DNA from: Oscillospiraceae bacterium
GTDB taxonomy: Bacteria > Bacillota > Clostridia > HGM11514
DNA length: 60,449 bases
Assembly (NCBI GenBank): GCA_015068925.1
Contig: SVJP01000002.1
Coordinates: 1 to 60,449, forward strand
Direction: 5' to 3'
The position numbers and the translations under genes are program-made. Below the pieces are notes generated by a model. The model had not been told where the DNA came from, made no database searches, and was given only the letters and a program-made list of their open reading frames with translations. Positions 17,197 to 27,850 of the stretch are shown one piece after another; the stretch's first letter is position 1; each line of letters opens with the position of its first letter.

Positions 17197-19133
17197 TATT
17201 CTGTCACTTCTTCAGGTACCGCCACGGTTTCTGCTGTTTGCGGTTCCGGCGTAATTGCTACCGGTTCCGAAGTTGTTGTAGGTTCAACAGTCGGTTCTGC
17301 AGTTGGTTCTGCAGTCGGTTCTGCAGTCGGTTCTGCGGTTGGTTCTACGGTCGGTTCTGCTGTGGGAGCTTTCGTAGGTTCTTCTTCGCCTTCACCGCTA
17401 CTGATAACAATATTAACCGAACCACCTTCTCTCACAGAATCCTGATATTCCGGATCCTGACCGATTACCGTTCCCACCGGTTCATCAGATGGCTTTACCG
17501 TAACACTGCCTAACTTTAATCCCGCTTCTTTCAATGCATTTTTCGCTTGGGTTTGACTCATGCCGATCAAATAGGGAACAGAAATCTCTTCGTCCTTTTC
17601 TTCTCCTTTACTCACATATAAAATAATCTGAACATCTTTGTCCAATTTTGTTCCTGCTTTGGGAATTTGACGAATAATACCGTTTCTGCTTACCGAATCG
17701 TTGTATTCTTCTACCACTTCATACTCTAATCCCAATTTATTCAGAGCTTTTTTCGCGTCGGTTAATGTTTTTCCTGCAAAGCTGGGCATTTTTCCTGCTT
17801 CCTTTTCCCCATTGCTTACAATAACTTTAATTTTTATTTTTTTATTATCTTCAATCTTGGTTCCTGCTTTGGGAGACTGTGCTGCGATTACGCCTTCGTC
17901 ATATTTATCAGAAGGAATGCGATCCTCTTCCTCGATAATTTCAACTCTGTCTTCATCCTCATATTCCTCTAATACCTTTTCCAAGTCTTTCCCAATCAGA
18001 TTGGGAATTCTGGTAATACCGTCCTTAGCACCACCGCCAAAGAATCCGGGGTCAATCCAATTAATCAGAAGAACCGTCAGTACACTCACCAAAATTACTG
18101 CTGTAACAATTGCTGCAATAATTGGTTTTTTGTTTTCCTTTTTACTTTTTTTCTTGACATTTTTTCTGACTTTTTCGCGATTTTCCATATCGTCGCCTCC
18201 CTTTTCTTTTTTCGATTTGGTATATTCCGTATCCCTTTTTCTTACTTGTTCTGCATCATATTTTTTCGTAAAGGAATCCTCTTCTTCCGGTTGGGAATGT
18301 GTATGTATTCCTTGATTTTTTTGAAATTCCCGTAAGCTTCGCAACATTTCTCCCGCAGTCTGGAATCGTTGTACCTGTTCCTTGCTCATGGCCCTTAAGC
18401 AAATGTCTTCCAACGCCGCAGGAATGGATAACACGATTTCCCGAGGAGGAGTTGGCTTTTGTTGCATATGCATAATAGCAACAGAAACCGGATTTTCATG
18501 ATTAAACGGCAATCGTCCCGTCATCATTTCATACAATACAACCCCTATGGAATAAATATCTGTTTTTTCGTCCACATATCCTCCTCTTGCCTGTTCGGGA
18601 GAAATATAGTGAACTGTACCGATGGCATTTTTTCCGTCTTGTGTTTGTCCATTTTTGTTCAAATTACGTGCAATACCAAAATCCATGACCTTCAGCACAT
18701 TGTTTTCGCAAACCATAATATTTTGGGGCTTAATGTCTCTATGTACAATTCCTTTTCTGTGTGCACTGTCAATTGCCTGACAAATTTGTATGGTAAAATC
18801 CAAAGCCTGTTTCCAAGACAACACGCCATTTTGACAAATATATTCCTTTAACGTAACCCCTTCTACATATTCCATGACAATATAATGAACTCCTGCTTCG
18901 CAGCCCACATCGTAAACGGAAACAATGTTAGGATGTGTCAAACTGGCTGCTGCCTGGGCTTCTGTATTAAACCGAGCAATAAACTCTTTATCGTCACGAA
19001 ATTCATTGCGCAACACCTTAATTGCTACATAACGATTCAGCAGTGTACAACGAGCTTTATACACTTCTGCCATACCACCGCCACCAATTCTTTTAATGAC
19101 CTGATAGCGTTCTCCTAAAATTTTGCCCACCAT
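17196..19133 (-). CDS. prkC: Ser/Thr protein kinase with PASTA repeats
   Basis: 645 aa. It has a Hanks kinase core (HRDIKPQN, DFGIA), a TM segment, three PASTA-like repeats and a Pro/Thr/Glu-rich tail. Confidence 0.9.
   Translation of the reverse strand: MVGKILGERYQVIKRIGGGGMAEVYKARCTLLNRYVAIKVLRNEFRDDKEFIARFNTEAQAAASLTHPNIVSVYDVGCEAGVHYIVMEYVEGVTLKEYICQNGVLSWKQALDFTIQICQAIDSAHRKGIVHRDIKPQNIMVCENNVLKVMDFGIARNLNKNGQTQDGKNAIGTVHYISPEQARGGYVDEKTDIYSIGVVLYEMMTGRLPFNHENPVSVAIMHMQQKPTPPREIVLSIPAALEDICLRAMSKEQVQRFQTAGEMLRSLREFQKNQGIHTHSQPEEEDSFTKKYDAEQVRKRDTEYTKSKKEKGGDDMENREKVRKNVKKKSKKENKKPIIAAIVTAVILVSVLTVLLINWIDPGFFGGGAKDGITRIPNLIGKDLEKVLEEYEDEDRVEIIEEEDRIPSDKYDEGVIAAQSPKAGTKIEDNKKIKIKVIVSNGEKEAGKMPSFAGKTLTDAKKALNKLGLEYEVVEEYNDSVSRNGIIRQIPKAGTKLDKDVQIILYVSKGEEKDEEISVPYLIGMSQTQAKNALKEAGLKLGSVTVKPSDEPVGTVIGQDPEYQDSVREGGSVNIVISSGEGEEEPTKAPTAEPTVEPTAEPTAEPTAEPTAEPTVEPTTTSEPVAITPEPQTAETVAVPEEVTE
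17281..17364. repeat. Seven tandem 12-bp units (GGTTCTGCAGTC-like) encoding (EPTA/EPTV)n at the PrkC C-terminus
   Basis: Units begin at 17281, 17293, 17305, 17317, 17329, 17341 and 17353. Two adjacent units are identical. Confidence 0.9.
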
Positions 19134-19136
19134 CTT

Positions 19137-19862
19137 TTACCCCTCCTTCTTTTGAGTCGCGGCAATAATCGTAATATTATCATATCCGCCTCTTTCATTT
19201 GCCAATTCAATCAATTGATCCACTCTTTCTTCCAACGAAGAAGCTTCCCACATAACCGATGCAATCTCTTGGTCGCTCAACATTCCGGTTAATCCATCAG
19301 AACAAAGTAAAACCATATCCTCCGATGTTAACTCGCAATGAAATAAATCCACTTCTGTAATCCGTTCTGTACCTAAAGCACGGGTAATCACATTTCTCTG
19401 AGGGTGAAGTTCTGCTTCTTCCTCAGTGATTTCTCCCTGACGAAGCAATTCCATTACCAAAGAATGGTCTTCCGTTATCTGTTCCATTCCGTCCAATCCA
19501 AGCAAATATGCCCGACTATCTCCTACATTAGCAAAATAAGCCTCTTTATCAGAAATACAACAAAGAACTACAGTCGTTCCCATGGCCGCATAGGATGCAT
19601 TCTCCTTAGAACGAATGTAAATTTGCTCGTTGGCATAATGCAATGCTTGCTCCAACAACTGAGGAATAGACTCCTCTGTATGCCGACTTATGTACTCCCT
19701 AATCTTTTCAACAGCCATAGCAGAAGCAACTTCTCCTGCCTGATGACCACCCATGCCATCCGCTACAATCAACAGATGATACGGAGTCAATTCACTGACT
19801 GCATAACTGTCTTCATTCAACTCCCGCACCATACCCTGGTGGGTTTTTGCACAAATCTCCAT
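19137..19862 (-). CDS. stp: PP2C-family Ser/Thr phosphatase
   Basis: 241 aa. It has ADGMGGH and DNITII motifs and lies immediately upstream of prkC. Confidence 0.9.
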   Translation of the reverse strand: MEICAKTHQGMVRELNEDSYAVSELTPYHLLIVADGMGGHQAGEVASAMAVEKIREYISRHTEESIPQLLEQALHYANEQIYIRSKENASYAAMGTTVVLCCISDKEAYFANVGDSRAYLLGLDGMEQITEDHSLVMELLRQGEITEEEAELHPQRNVITRALGTERITEVDLFHCELTSEDMVLLCSDGLTGMLSDQEIASVMWEASSLEERVDQLIELANERGGYDNITIIAATQKKEG

Positions 19863-20890
19863 CAGTTCTCACTTCCTTTCTCTTCCAGTTTCCGCCTTCT
19901 CAACTGACCGCAGGAAGCATTGATATCACTTCCCAATTCCCGACGAACCGTTGCGGTTACGGGTGCCAGTTGTCGGCAAAACGCCTCTCCCCGTTCGCTT
20001 CGTTCAAAATTTGTTTCTTGAATGGGGTTGACAGGAATCACATTCACATGGCAAAGCATTCCCCGTAACAATTCGGAAAGCCGCTTTGCATCCTGAGGCG
20101 TATCATTCACTCCCTTAATCAGAGCATATTCAAAAATCATTCGTCTGCCCGTTTTTTCCGTATACCGCCTGCAAGCAGCAAGCAAGGTATGAATGGGATG
20201 TTTTTTGTTAATGGGCATCATGGCAGTTCGTTTCTCATCAAATGCCGCATGAAGAGATACACAAAGGGTAATCCCTAAATTCTCCTCCGCCAATCGGTCA
20301 ATTCCGTTCACCCAACCGCAGGTAGACAAGGAAATATGCCTTTGCCCGATGTTCATCCCCTCGGGTCTGTTGACCAAACGAATAAATTTGACTACATTTT
20401 CATAATTATCCATGGGTTCTCCGATTCCCATCAGTACAATATTGCTGACTTTATGCCCCGAGTCTGCCGACACCAATGCTACCTGTGCCAGCATTTCTCC
20501 GGGGGTCAACCGCCTAACCAATCCGCCTAATGTAGAGGCACAAAAAGCACAGCCCATTGCACAGCCCACTTCTGTAGAAATACAAACTGTATATCCATGA
20601 TGATAACTCATGAGTACCGTTTCAATCAGATTCCCATCATTTAATTGTATCAGATATTTGACTGTTTCGTCAATAGCTGATTCAAATTTTTCACAAATTT
20701 TTGCACCAAGGGGCGTTGCAACCCCTTTTAACTGTTTCTGCAAAGCCTTTGGGAAGTTGGTCATCTGCTCAAATTCCGTAACACCCTTAGCAATCCAGGA
20801 AAAAGCTTGCTTTGCCCGAAACTTGGGCTGACCCAGAGAAATAAAATACTCCTCCAGTTCTTCCGGAGTCAAATCCGCTAAATTATCCAT
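19862..20890 (-). CDS. rlmN: 23S rRNA/tRNA (adenine2503-C2)-methyltransferase, radical SAM
   Basis: 342 aa. It has a CAMGCAFC radical-SAM motif and a C-terminal SCGQL. Confidence 0.9.
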   Translation of the reverse strand: MDNLADLTPEELEEYFISLGQPKFRAKQAFSWIAKGVTEFEQMTNFPKALQKQLKGVATPLGAKICEKFESAIDETVKYLIQLNDGNLIETVLMSYHHGYTVCISTEVGCAMGCAFCASTLGGLVRRLTPGEMLAQVALVSADSGHKVSNIVLMGIGEPMDNYENVVKFIRLVNRPEGMNIGQRHISLSTCGWVNGIDRLAEENLGITLCVSLHAAFDEKRTAMMPINKKHPIHTLLAACRRYTEKTGRRMIFEYALIKGVNDTPQDAKRLSELLRGMLCHVNVIPVNPIQETNFERSERGEAFCRQLAPVTATVRRELGSDINASCGQLRRRKLEEKGSEN

Positions 20891-22160
20891 TGCTTTCCTC
20901 CGACATTTTTTTCAGTCTTGCAATAAAAAATCCGCCCATGCCATCCCGATGAGGCAATAAATTTCTCATTCCTACCTCTTCCTCCAAAGAAAATTCGGGA
21001 TGCTGTTCCAGAAATTTTGTTACCATGGTTTCGTTTTCTGCTTTATTTAAGGTACAGGTAGAATATAGTAACCTGCCACCCCGTTTGACATAAGCTCCTG
21101 CATTGTTTAACAATTGCTCCTGAACGGGAAGTAATTCCCTGATACGATCGGGATCCTGCCACTTGAGTTCCGGTTTTCTTCCAATCACACCCAATCCCGA
21201 GCAAGGAACATCCAACACTACTACATCAAAAGATTCCAAATATCTTTCCTCATAAACACAAGAATCCCGACAGTCTGTTTTTACTATCGTAACATCCATC
21301 CGTTCCAGATTTTTTCGTAATAACTCTGTTCTGTGAGGATGCAGCTCCCAAGCCGTAATTTCGCCTTCATGCTCCATAAGCTCCGCCAGATACATGGTTT
21401 TTCCACCGGGTGCGGCACACATATCACATACTCGCATTCCCTTCTTTACCCCTGCTTTTCGGCAAGCTTCCATAGAAGATGGCTGCATCACGGTAATCCG
21501 CCCTTCCTTCCAAGCAGACAATGCTTCTACATTGGTTCCTTTCGGAAGTAAATATCCGTCAGTAAAAGCAGATGCTTCCAATTCAGGCAGTTCTTTTTTG
21601 ATTTGCTCCACAGTTGCTTTCTTTCGGTTGATTCGCACATAACCGGAGGGCGGTTCCGAAAAGCTCTTTAACAAGGGCTCTAATTCCGATTCTCCAAACT
21701 GTTTTTTCCATTTTTTTACTAACCAAAGGGGAATCGAATATTGAATACTGAGGTAACTGTCCCTATCCTCAACAGATACAGGTACCTCGCCCTGCTCTGC
21801 AATTTTTCTCAGAACACCGTTACAGCATCCTGCTCCTTTCGGCACAATTCTTTTCGCCAGCTTAACCGTTTCATTTACGGCTGCCGAAGGCGGAATCCGA
21901 TCCATTCGCAACAATTGGTAAGCCCCCATCCGCAAAAGCCGAAGCAGGGGTAAGGGTGTTTTTTTCAAATCGCAGTATCTTCCGATTTGGTCATCCAAAA
22001 ACAACCGTTCTCTTGTCACGCCATAAACCAAAGCAGTAATCAAGCCCTTATCTTTTGGGTCTGCCACATCAAGCAATTCTTTTAAAATCAGATTGGAAAA
22101 GCCGCTCTTTTCCTCAATCTGCGTCAACCCCTGATATACAAGCTCCCGTCCTGTCATCAA
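20883..22160 (-). CDS. rsmB: 16S rRNA (cytosine967-C5)-methyltransferase
   Basis: 425 aa. It has an N-terminal NusB-like domain, DMCAAPGGKT, and the DVPCSG/YSTCT catalytic Cys motifs. Confidence 0.9.
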   Translation of the reverse strand: MMTGRELVYQGLTQIEEKSGFSNLILKELLDVADPKDKGLITALVYGVTRERLFLDDQIGRYCDLKKTPLPLLRLLRMGAYQLLRMDRIPPSAAVNETVKLAKRIVPKGAGCCNGVLRKIAEQGEVPVSVEDRDSYLSIQYSIPLWLVKKWKKQFGESELEPLLKSFSEPPSGYVRINRKKATVEQIKKELPELEASAFTDGYLLPKGTNVEALSAWKEGRITVMQPSSMEACRKAGVKKGMRVCDMCAAPGGKTMYLAELMEHEGEITAWELHPHRTELLRKNLERMDVTIVKTDCRDSCVYEERYLESFDVVVLDVPCSGLGVIGRKPELKWQDPDRIRELLPVQEQLLNNAGAYVKRGGRLLYSTCTLNKAENETMVTKFLEQHPEFSLEEEVGMRNLLPHRDGMGGFFIARLKKMSEESNG

Positions 22161-22840
22161 TCACGTCTTCCTCTCATGGACAAAAGACGTAACAATTGTG
22201 CCAAAGCCATGGCGGCGGCCGCCACATAAGTCATTGCCGCAGCGCTCAATACTTTTTTTGCTCCGCGTACTTCTTCGTCTTCTAAAATATAATTGCCCTC
22301 TAAAATGGCAATGGCACGACGGGATGCATTAAATTCCACAGGCAACGTAATAATCTGAAACAATACCGCTGCTGAGAAAAACCAAATACCAATATCCATC
22401 ATCAAGCCACTATTAAAAAACAAGCCGATAATAAACAACGGAATTGCCGCCTGACTTGCAATATTCACAACCGGTACAATGGAATTTCTTATTTTAATGG
22501 GTACATAACCTGTGGCATGCTGAATGGCATGACCTACTTCATGTGCCGCAACTCCGATTGCTGCCACAGAAGTGCTGGTACAAGTCGTATCCGATAGATT
22601 TACAATATTGGTTTTAGGATTAAAATGGTCGGTCAGGTTTCCCCTGACACGCCCTAACTGTACATGATACAGACCGTTTTTATCCAGTATCATTCTTGCT
22701 ACCTGTTCTGCTGTCATTCCGCGGCGGCTGTAAATTTTCCCATACTTTGCATAGGTAGAAGATACATTAAACTGTGCCCAAAAAGTTAAAATTAAAGCAG
22801 GCAAAACAAACATAATATAACCACTGTCAATCCACCACAT
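22157..22840 (-). CDS. Membrane zinc metallopeptidase (Zn_peptidase_2 family)
   Basis: 227 aa. It has HEVGHAIQH (HExxH) and TM segments. Its position between fmt and rsmB is common in Firmicutes. Confidence 0.8.
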   Translation of the reverse strand: MWWIDSGYIMFVLPALILTFWAQFNVSSTYAKYGKIYSRRGMTAEQVARMILDKNGLYHVQLGRVRGNLTDHFNPKTNIVNLSDTTCTSTSVAAIGVAAHEVGHAIQHATGYVPIKIRNSIVPVVNIASQAAIPLFIIGLFFNSGLMMDIGIWFFSAAVLFQIITLPVEFNASRRAIAILEGNYILEDEEVRGAKKVLSAAAMTYVAAAAMALAQLLRLLSMRGRRD

Positions 22841-22858
22841 GATAAAATCTCCTTTTCT

Positions 22859-23776
22859 TTATTTCAAAATTTCTCCCGTTTGGAAGCTGTTTCCTAACAT
22901 AAAATCATGAATACTCATCATTTTCTTCCCTTCCGGCTTAATTTGTTCTAAATATACAACACCGTCACCGCATCCCACAGGAAGCCCCTTTTGCTTCTCA
23001 TATTCGCCGATTTCTCCCGGCTTTAGTTTTCCTGTTCCGGGAATTGCTTTTCCTACTTTTACAGTTTTTTCCTGATGCAGGAAAAAGCTTAAAGGCATGG
23101 GATATAGTCCCCGAATCTGATTACAAATCTCTCTGCCTGTTTTACTCCAATCAATGTGACAGGTTTCCTTGGTAATCATGGGAGCATAGGTAAAGCTTGC
23201 ATGGTCTTGGGGGATGGGTGATAAGCGGTCAATCTGCTCCACCGTTTCTGCCAAGGCTTGCGCCCCCAACACACTTAATTTGTCGTGAATACTTCCGCCT
23301 GTATCTTCAGGTGTTATGGGAAGCTCTTTTTTTATCAGCATATCTCCCGTGTCAAGGCCTTCATCCATTTGCATGGTAGTCACCCCTGTCACAGTATCTC
23401 CCGCCATGACGCACCATTGTAAGGGTGCTGCACCTCTCCACTTCGGTAAAAGAGAAGCATGCACATTGATGCAACCGTATTTTGGATATTCCAAAAGATA
23501 TGGAGGTAAAATCTGCCCATATGCCACAACCACAATCAAATCAGGTTGTAATTCCTGTAATTGAGGTAAAAACGCTTCGTTTTTCAATGTTTCAGGCTGA
23601 AAAACGGGAATATCACGTTCCATTGCAAATTCTTTTACAGGAGGAGGCATCATTTTGTGCCCTCTACCCTTTGGCTTATCAGGCTGGGTCACCACACCGC
23701 AAAGGGTGGTATGCTCTGTCAGCCATTTCAGACATGCAATCGAAAAATCGGGAGTACCCATAAATAAAACCTTCAT
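22859..23776 (-). CDS. fmt: Methionyl-tRNA formyltransferase
   Basis: 305 aa. It has MGTPDF and INVHASLLPKWRGAAP motifs. Confidence 0.9.
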   Translation of the reverse strand: MKVLFMGTPDFSIACLKWLTEHTTLCGVVTQPDKPKGRGHKMMPPPVKEFAMERDIPVFQPETLKNEAFLPQLQELQPDLIVVVAYGQILPPYLLEYPKYGCINVHASLLPKWRGAAPLQWCVMAGDTVTGVTTMQMDEGLDTGDMLIKKELPITPEDTGGSIHDKLSVLGAQALAETVEQIDRLSPIPQDHASFTYAPMITKETCHIDWSKTGREICNQIRGLYPMPLSFFLHQEKTVKVGKAIPGTGKLKPGEIGEYEKQKGLPVGCGDGVVYLEQIKPEGKKMMSIHDFMLGNSFQTGEILK

Positions 23777-23788
23777 TGTCCGTCTCCT

Positions 23789-24244
23789 TTAATAGTGAAT
23801 TTCTCCCTGCACATGAGTGGTATACATCACCCCATCCAGATGATCAATCTCATGGCAAAAAGCACGAGCCAATAATCCTTTACCGACAATCTGAAATTCT
23901 TTTCCGTTTCTGTCTTGTGCGATAACGGTAACAGACTTGGGTCGCTCCACCGATCCTACCGCCCCGGGAAGACTTAAGCAGCCTTCGTCCGTTACTTCTG
24001 TTTCCTTGGATCGGGCAATGATTTTGGGATTGACCAGTTCTATTTTTCCTTCCCCAATATCAATTACCGCTACCCGACGTAAAATTCCCACCTGGGGTGC
24101 TGCCAGTCCCACACCGTTCTTTTCTTTCATAGTATCATACATATCATCCAATAAGGTAAAGAGCCGTTGGTCAAACTCGGTGACCTCGCGACATTTCTTT
24201 GTCAGCACTTCATCCGGTACTGTTCGAATCATTCTGATTGCCAT
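23789..24244 (-). CDS. def: Peptide deformylase
   Basis: 151 aa. It has GVGLAAPQ, EGCLS and HEIDH motifs. Confidence 0.9.
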   Translation of the reverse strand: MAIRMIRTVPDEVLTKKCREVTEFDQRLFTLLDDMYDTMKEKNGVGLAAPQVGILRRVAVIDIGEGKIELVNPKIIARSKETEVTDEGCLSLPGAVGSVERPKSVTVIAQDRNGKEFQIVGKGLLARAFCHEIDHLDGVMYTTHVQGEIHY

Positions 24245-24259
24245 ATAACAAGTTCCTTT

Positions 24260-26671
24260 CTATCTGTAAATCGACAAATATGTTTTTGTTTTTTGTTGAT
24301 ATCTGCTGTGACGGTCATAAATCTGCCACAAAAGGTCAGTAATATCCTCGCGGCACTTCACCATAATCTGCCATCGGTAATACCGATTAATTCTTGCAAC
24401 GCCGCAAGGAACGGGGTTTAATACCATTTCTACTCCGGGAGGCAAACCGCCGTCTGTAAAACTGTGATACAAATAATAGGCTTCTTTCCTTACTGCACTA
24501 TCCGAAAGGCCTGTCAGCATGAGAGTAATCAAAGAAACAAAGGGAGGATATCCCAAGGTTTTTCTCATGCGGATTTCCGATTTATAAAAGGCGGGATAAT
24601 CCTGTTTTGCCGCCATTTGAATACATTGATGCTCAGGCTGATACGTTTGCACAAGTGCAAGCCCTGCCTGCTCTCCTCTTCCCGCTCTGCCAAAAACCTG
24701 GGTCAGACGGCTGAAAGTTTCTTCGTATGCATCATAGCTTTCACCGTTTAGCATCATATCTGCCGCCAACACACCAACTAAGGTTACATTGGGAAAGTCA
24801 AGCCCCTTTGTGACCATTTGGGTGCCCAACAAAATATCCGCCTCGCCCTTTGCAAATTGTTCCAACATTTTTTGGTGAGCTGATTTTTTCACAGTCGTAT
24901 CCTGATCCATCCGCAATAATTTTGCATCAGGAAAATGCTTTGCGATTTCTTCCTCTGCTCTTTGGGTTCCCAACCCGAAGAGCTTTACATATTGACTGCC
25001 GCACTCCGGACATTTTTGCGAAACAGGCTGCATATATCCGCAATAATGACACATGAGCCGTCCGGAATGGGAGTGATATTTTAACGAAATAGAGCAATTG
25101 GGACATTCAAAGGTATAACCGCAGCTACGGCAGGATACAAAGGTGGAATGACCCCGTCGGTTGACAAACAGAATCGTTTGCTCTCCGCGCTCCAGATTTT
25201 TCTTTATTTCCCTTGCCATGCGATTGGAAAATATGGTGGTATTTCCGTTTTTTAGTTCCTCACGCATATCTTCTATCAACACTTGAGGAAGGGCATGGTG
25301 ATTGTATCGGGTTCCCATATACAACACCCGTCCCCGCAAGCGGTAAACATCCTGAACTCTTGGGGTTGCCGATGCCTGTAATAACACCCCACCCGATTGC
25401 TTAACCCGAAACAATGCCACTTCTCTGGCATCATAACGGGGTGCTTGTTCAGAAGTATAGGTATCTTCATTTTGTTCATCAATAATAATAGCACCCAATT
25501 GTTTCACCGGTGCAAACACGGCAGAACGGGCTCCAACCACAACTTTTGCCTCTCCCCGACGGATTTTTTCCCAGGAATCAAACCGTTCTCCCAAGGAAAG
25601 TCCGCTATGGAGTACTGCAACTCCATCTCCGAATCTGGCACAAAACCGACGAATGGTCTGAGGAGTCAAAGAAATTTCGGGTACCAGCATAATGGCTTGC
25701 TTGCCCTCTTCCATTACCCGTTCAATCAATTGTAAATATACTTCCGTTTTTCCGCTCCCTGTTACACCGCAAAGAAGATACTCTCCTTCGTTCCCGATTT
25801 GTTTCAATACCGATTTTTGTTCCTCGGTCAGCTCTTTTTTTGGTTCCTGCTCTGTTACCATGGGAACATTGCGGTCTACCGCACGGGTTTCCAAAGTGAC
25901 AAATCCTTTTTCTACCAAAGAATTTAAAGAGCTTCTTCCTGCATCTGCACTGTCAAGCAATTGGGGAACGTCCAACTCGCCTTCTGCCTCTAATAACTCC
26001 AAAATTCTTGCCGCCACAGGTGCTTTTGCGCCGTACTCGCTCAAATAAACGGAAATCAGCTCCGATTCCGCACATAAGGATGCGAAGGTCTGGTTTTTTT
26101 CTCTGGTAGGCAATATCTTTTTTCTGCTGATGGATACCAAGTCTTTTTTCACCAAGGCATTGACCGAAGGACGGGCATTGGTTCCCAATTGCTGATTCAG
26201 TTCCGTCACCGTGGAAATGCCTTCATTTTCCAATAAAAATTGAATCACCGCCCATTGAACGGCACTTCGGCAAGTGCTTTGTTCCAACACCACCCGATTT
26301 TCCTCTTTTAGTATCACCGTTTCTTTGTATTTTAATCCTGTACCGGGCGGAAGCATCAATCGCAATGCTTCAAAATAAGTACAAAAATACCGATTCCGAA
26401 CCCAAAAAGCCAGTTGGATTGCTTTTTCGTCACAAAGAGGTTCCTGGTCCAATAAGGCATGAATCGTTTTTAATTCCGACGGCGATTCGGGAATAACCAC
26501 TTTTACCACAAATCCCTCCGTCATACGGTTGGCATTACCAAAAGGAACGGTGACCCGCATTCCGGGTACCACTTCCATGGATTCGGGAATCAGATAGGTA
26601 AAAAATTTATCAATGGCATGAACACCTCTGGTATTTACCGCAATCTGAGCTGCCTTCACCGAACAATCCAC
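24260..26671 (-). CDS. priA: Primosomal replication-restart helicase PriA
   Basis: 803 aa. It has Walker A GVTGSGKT, a DEQN (DExx) box and a Cys-rich Zn module (CRSCGYTFECPNC...CHYCG...CPECG). Confidence 0.9.
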   Translation of the reverse strand: MDCSVKAAQIAVNTRGVHAIDKFFTYLIPESMEVVPGMRVTVPFGNANRMTEGFVVKVVIPESPSELKTIHALLDQEPLCDEKAIQLAFWVRNRYFCTYFEALRLMLPPGTGLKYKETVILKEENRVVLEQSTCRSAVQWAVIQFLLENEGISTVTELNQQLGTNARPSVNALVKKDLVSISRKKILPTREKNQTFASLCAESELISVYLSEYGAKAPVAARILELLEAEGELDVPQLLDSADAGRSSLNSLVEKGFVTLETRAVDRNVPMVTEQEPKKELTEEQKSVLKQIGNEGEYLLCGVTGSGKTEVYLQLIERVMEEGKQAIMLVPEISLTPQTIRRFCARFGDGVAVLHSGLSLGERFDSWEKIRRGEAKVVVGARSAVFAPVKQLGAIIIDEQNEDTYTSEQAPRYDAREVALFRVKQSGGVLLQASATPRVQDVYRLRGRVLYMGTRYNHHALPQVLIEDMREELKNGNTTIFSNRMAREIKKNLERGEQTILFVNRRGHSTFVSCRSCGYTFECPNCSISLKYHSHSGRLMCHYCGYMQPVSQKCPECGSQYVKLFGLGTQRAEEEIAKHFPDAKLLRMDQDTTVKKSAHQKMLEQFAKGEADILLGTQMVTKGLDFPNVTLVGVLAADMMLNGESYDAYEETFSRLTQVFGRAGRGEQAGLALVQTYQPEHQCIQMAAKQDYPAFYKSEIRMRKTLGYPPFVSLITLMLTGLSDSAVRKEAYYLYHSFTDGGLPPGVEMVLNPVPCGVARINRYYRWQIMVKCREDITDLLWQIYDRHSRYQQKTKTYLSIYR

Positions 26672-27846
26672 TCCTTTGCCATGGTCAGAATTTCATCTGC
26701 CAAAGCAGTTTTTTCCAATTTGGGGAACCGTTTCACAGAACCATCCTTGGAAAATACGGTGACCACATTGGTATCCGTTCCAAAACCGGCTCCCTCTACC
26801 TTCAGATTATTTGCCACAATCATATGAAGCCCTTTTCGTTCCATTTTTTCTTTGGCACGCTGCTCCAAGTCTTCTGTTTCCATTGCAAATCCTACCAATA
26901 CGGCAGAAAGCTTCATTTGCCCCAGTTCTTGTAAGATATCAGGATTTTTTTCTAACTGTATCTCGGGAAGCTGATTCTTTTTAAGCTTTTGGTCGGCAAC
27001 ATGGGCAGGACGAAAATCCGCCACCGCCGCACTTTTGATGATCAAATCCATTTTTGGAGCAGATTGGATAACCGCATCTCTCATCTGGCAGGCTGATTCC
27101 ACCTGTTCCACCCTTACACCATAAGGAGCAGGCAATGAAACAGGTCCTGAAACCAAGGTTACTTCGGCACCTCTTCTTGCTGCCGCCCGGGCAATGGCAT
27201 ATCCCATTTTTCCTGTAGAATGGTTGGTTAAAAATCTGACCGGGTCAACTGCCTCACGGGTGGGACCTGCAGTCACCAACACCGATTTTCCTGCTAAATC
27301 CTGAGGGGTGCAAAGACGGACAATATCCTCGAAAATTCGCTCCGTTTCTGCCAATCGTCCCCGACCTGTGTCACCACAGGCAAGAAACCCTTCATCGGGC
27401 ATGGTAAAATGATATCCAAGCTCTGACAATTGAGCAATATTCCTTTGCGTAATGGGGTTTTCAAACATGTTGGTATTCATAGCAGGAGCAATGAGCACCG
27501 GTGCCTTTGTTGCCATCACCGTTGTGGTTACAAAATCATCCGCTATTCCTGCATTGATTTTTCCGATTACATTTGCGGTTGCAGGCACCAAAACAAGCAC
27601 ATCTGCCCGTTTTGCCCAGGAGATATGCTCCACTTCCCAATCCTTATTCTGCTCAAACATACCGCAAACGGTTTTTTGCCCCGTCAGGGTACTTAAGGTC
27701 AAAGGAGTAATAAACTCCTGCGCAGAGCTGGTCATCATACAAAAGCACTGCGCACCTGCTTTTTTCAGCATACGAACAAGATCGCACACCTTATAGGCTG
27801 CAATCCCGCCGCATACACCGATTACAATTTGCTTTTCCTGGAGCAT
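26656..27846 (-). CDS. coaBC: Bifunctional phosphopantothenoylcysteine decarboxylase / phosphopantothenate--cysteine ligase
   Basis: The ORF extends to 27912. The likely start is the ATG at 27844..27846 (MLQEKQIVIGVCGGIAAYK), after GGAGGAG. That start avoids overlap with rpoZ. Confidence 0.9.
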   Translation of the reverse strand: MLQEKQIVIGVCGGIAAYKVCDLVRMLKKAGAQCFCMMTSSAQEFITPLTLSTLTGQKTVCGMFEQNKDWEVEHISWAKRADVLVLVPATANVIGKINAGIADDFVTTTVMATKAPVLIAPAMNTNMFENPITQRNIAQLSELGYHFTMPDEGFLACGDTGRGRLAETERIFEDIVRLCTPQDLAGKSVLVTAGPTREAVDPVRFLTNHSTGKMGYAIARAAARRGAEVTLVSGPVSLPAPYGVRVEQVESACQMRDAVIQSAPKMDLIIKSAAVADFRPAHVADQKLKKNQLPEIQLEKNPDILQELGQMKLSAVLVGFAMETEDLEQRAKEKMERKGLHMIVANNLKVEGAGFGTDTNVVTVFSKDGSVKRFPKLEKTALADEILTMAKEWIVR

Positions 27847-27850
27847 TCTC

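Noticed and set aside
17281-17364. Regularly spaced short repeats, considered as a possible CRISPR array.
   Set aside because: The units are 12 bp, contiguous with no spacers, and in frame within prkC, where they encode EPTA repeats. They are not CRISPR.
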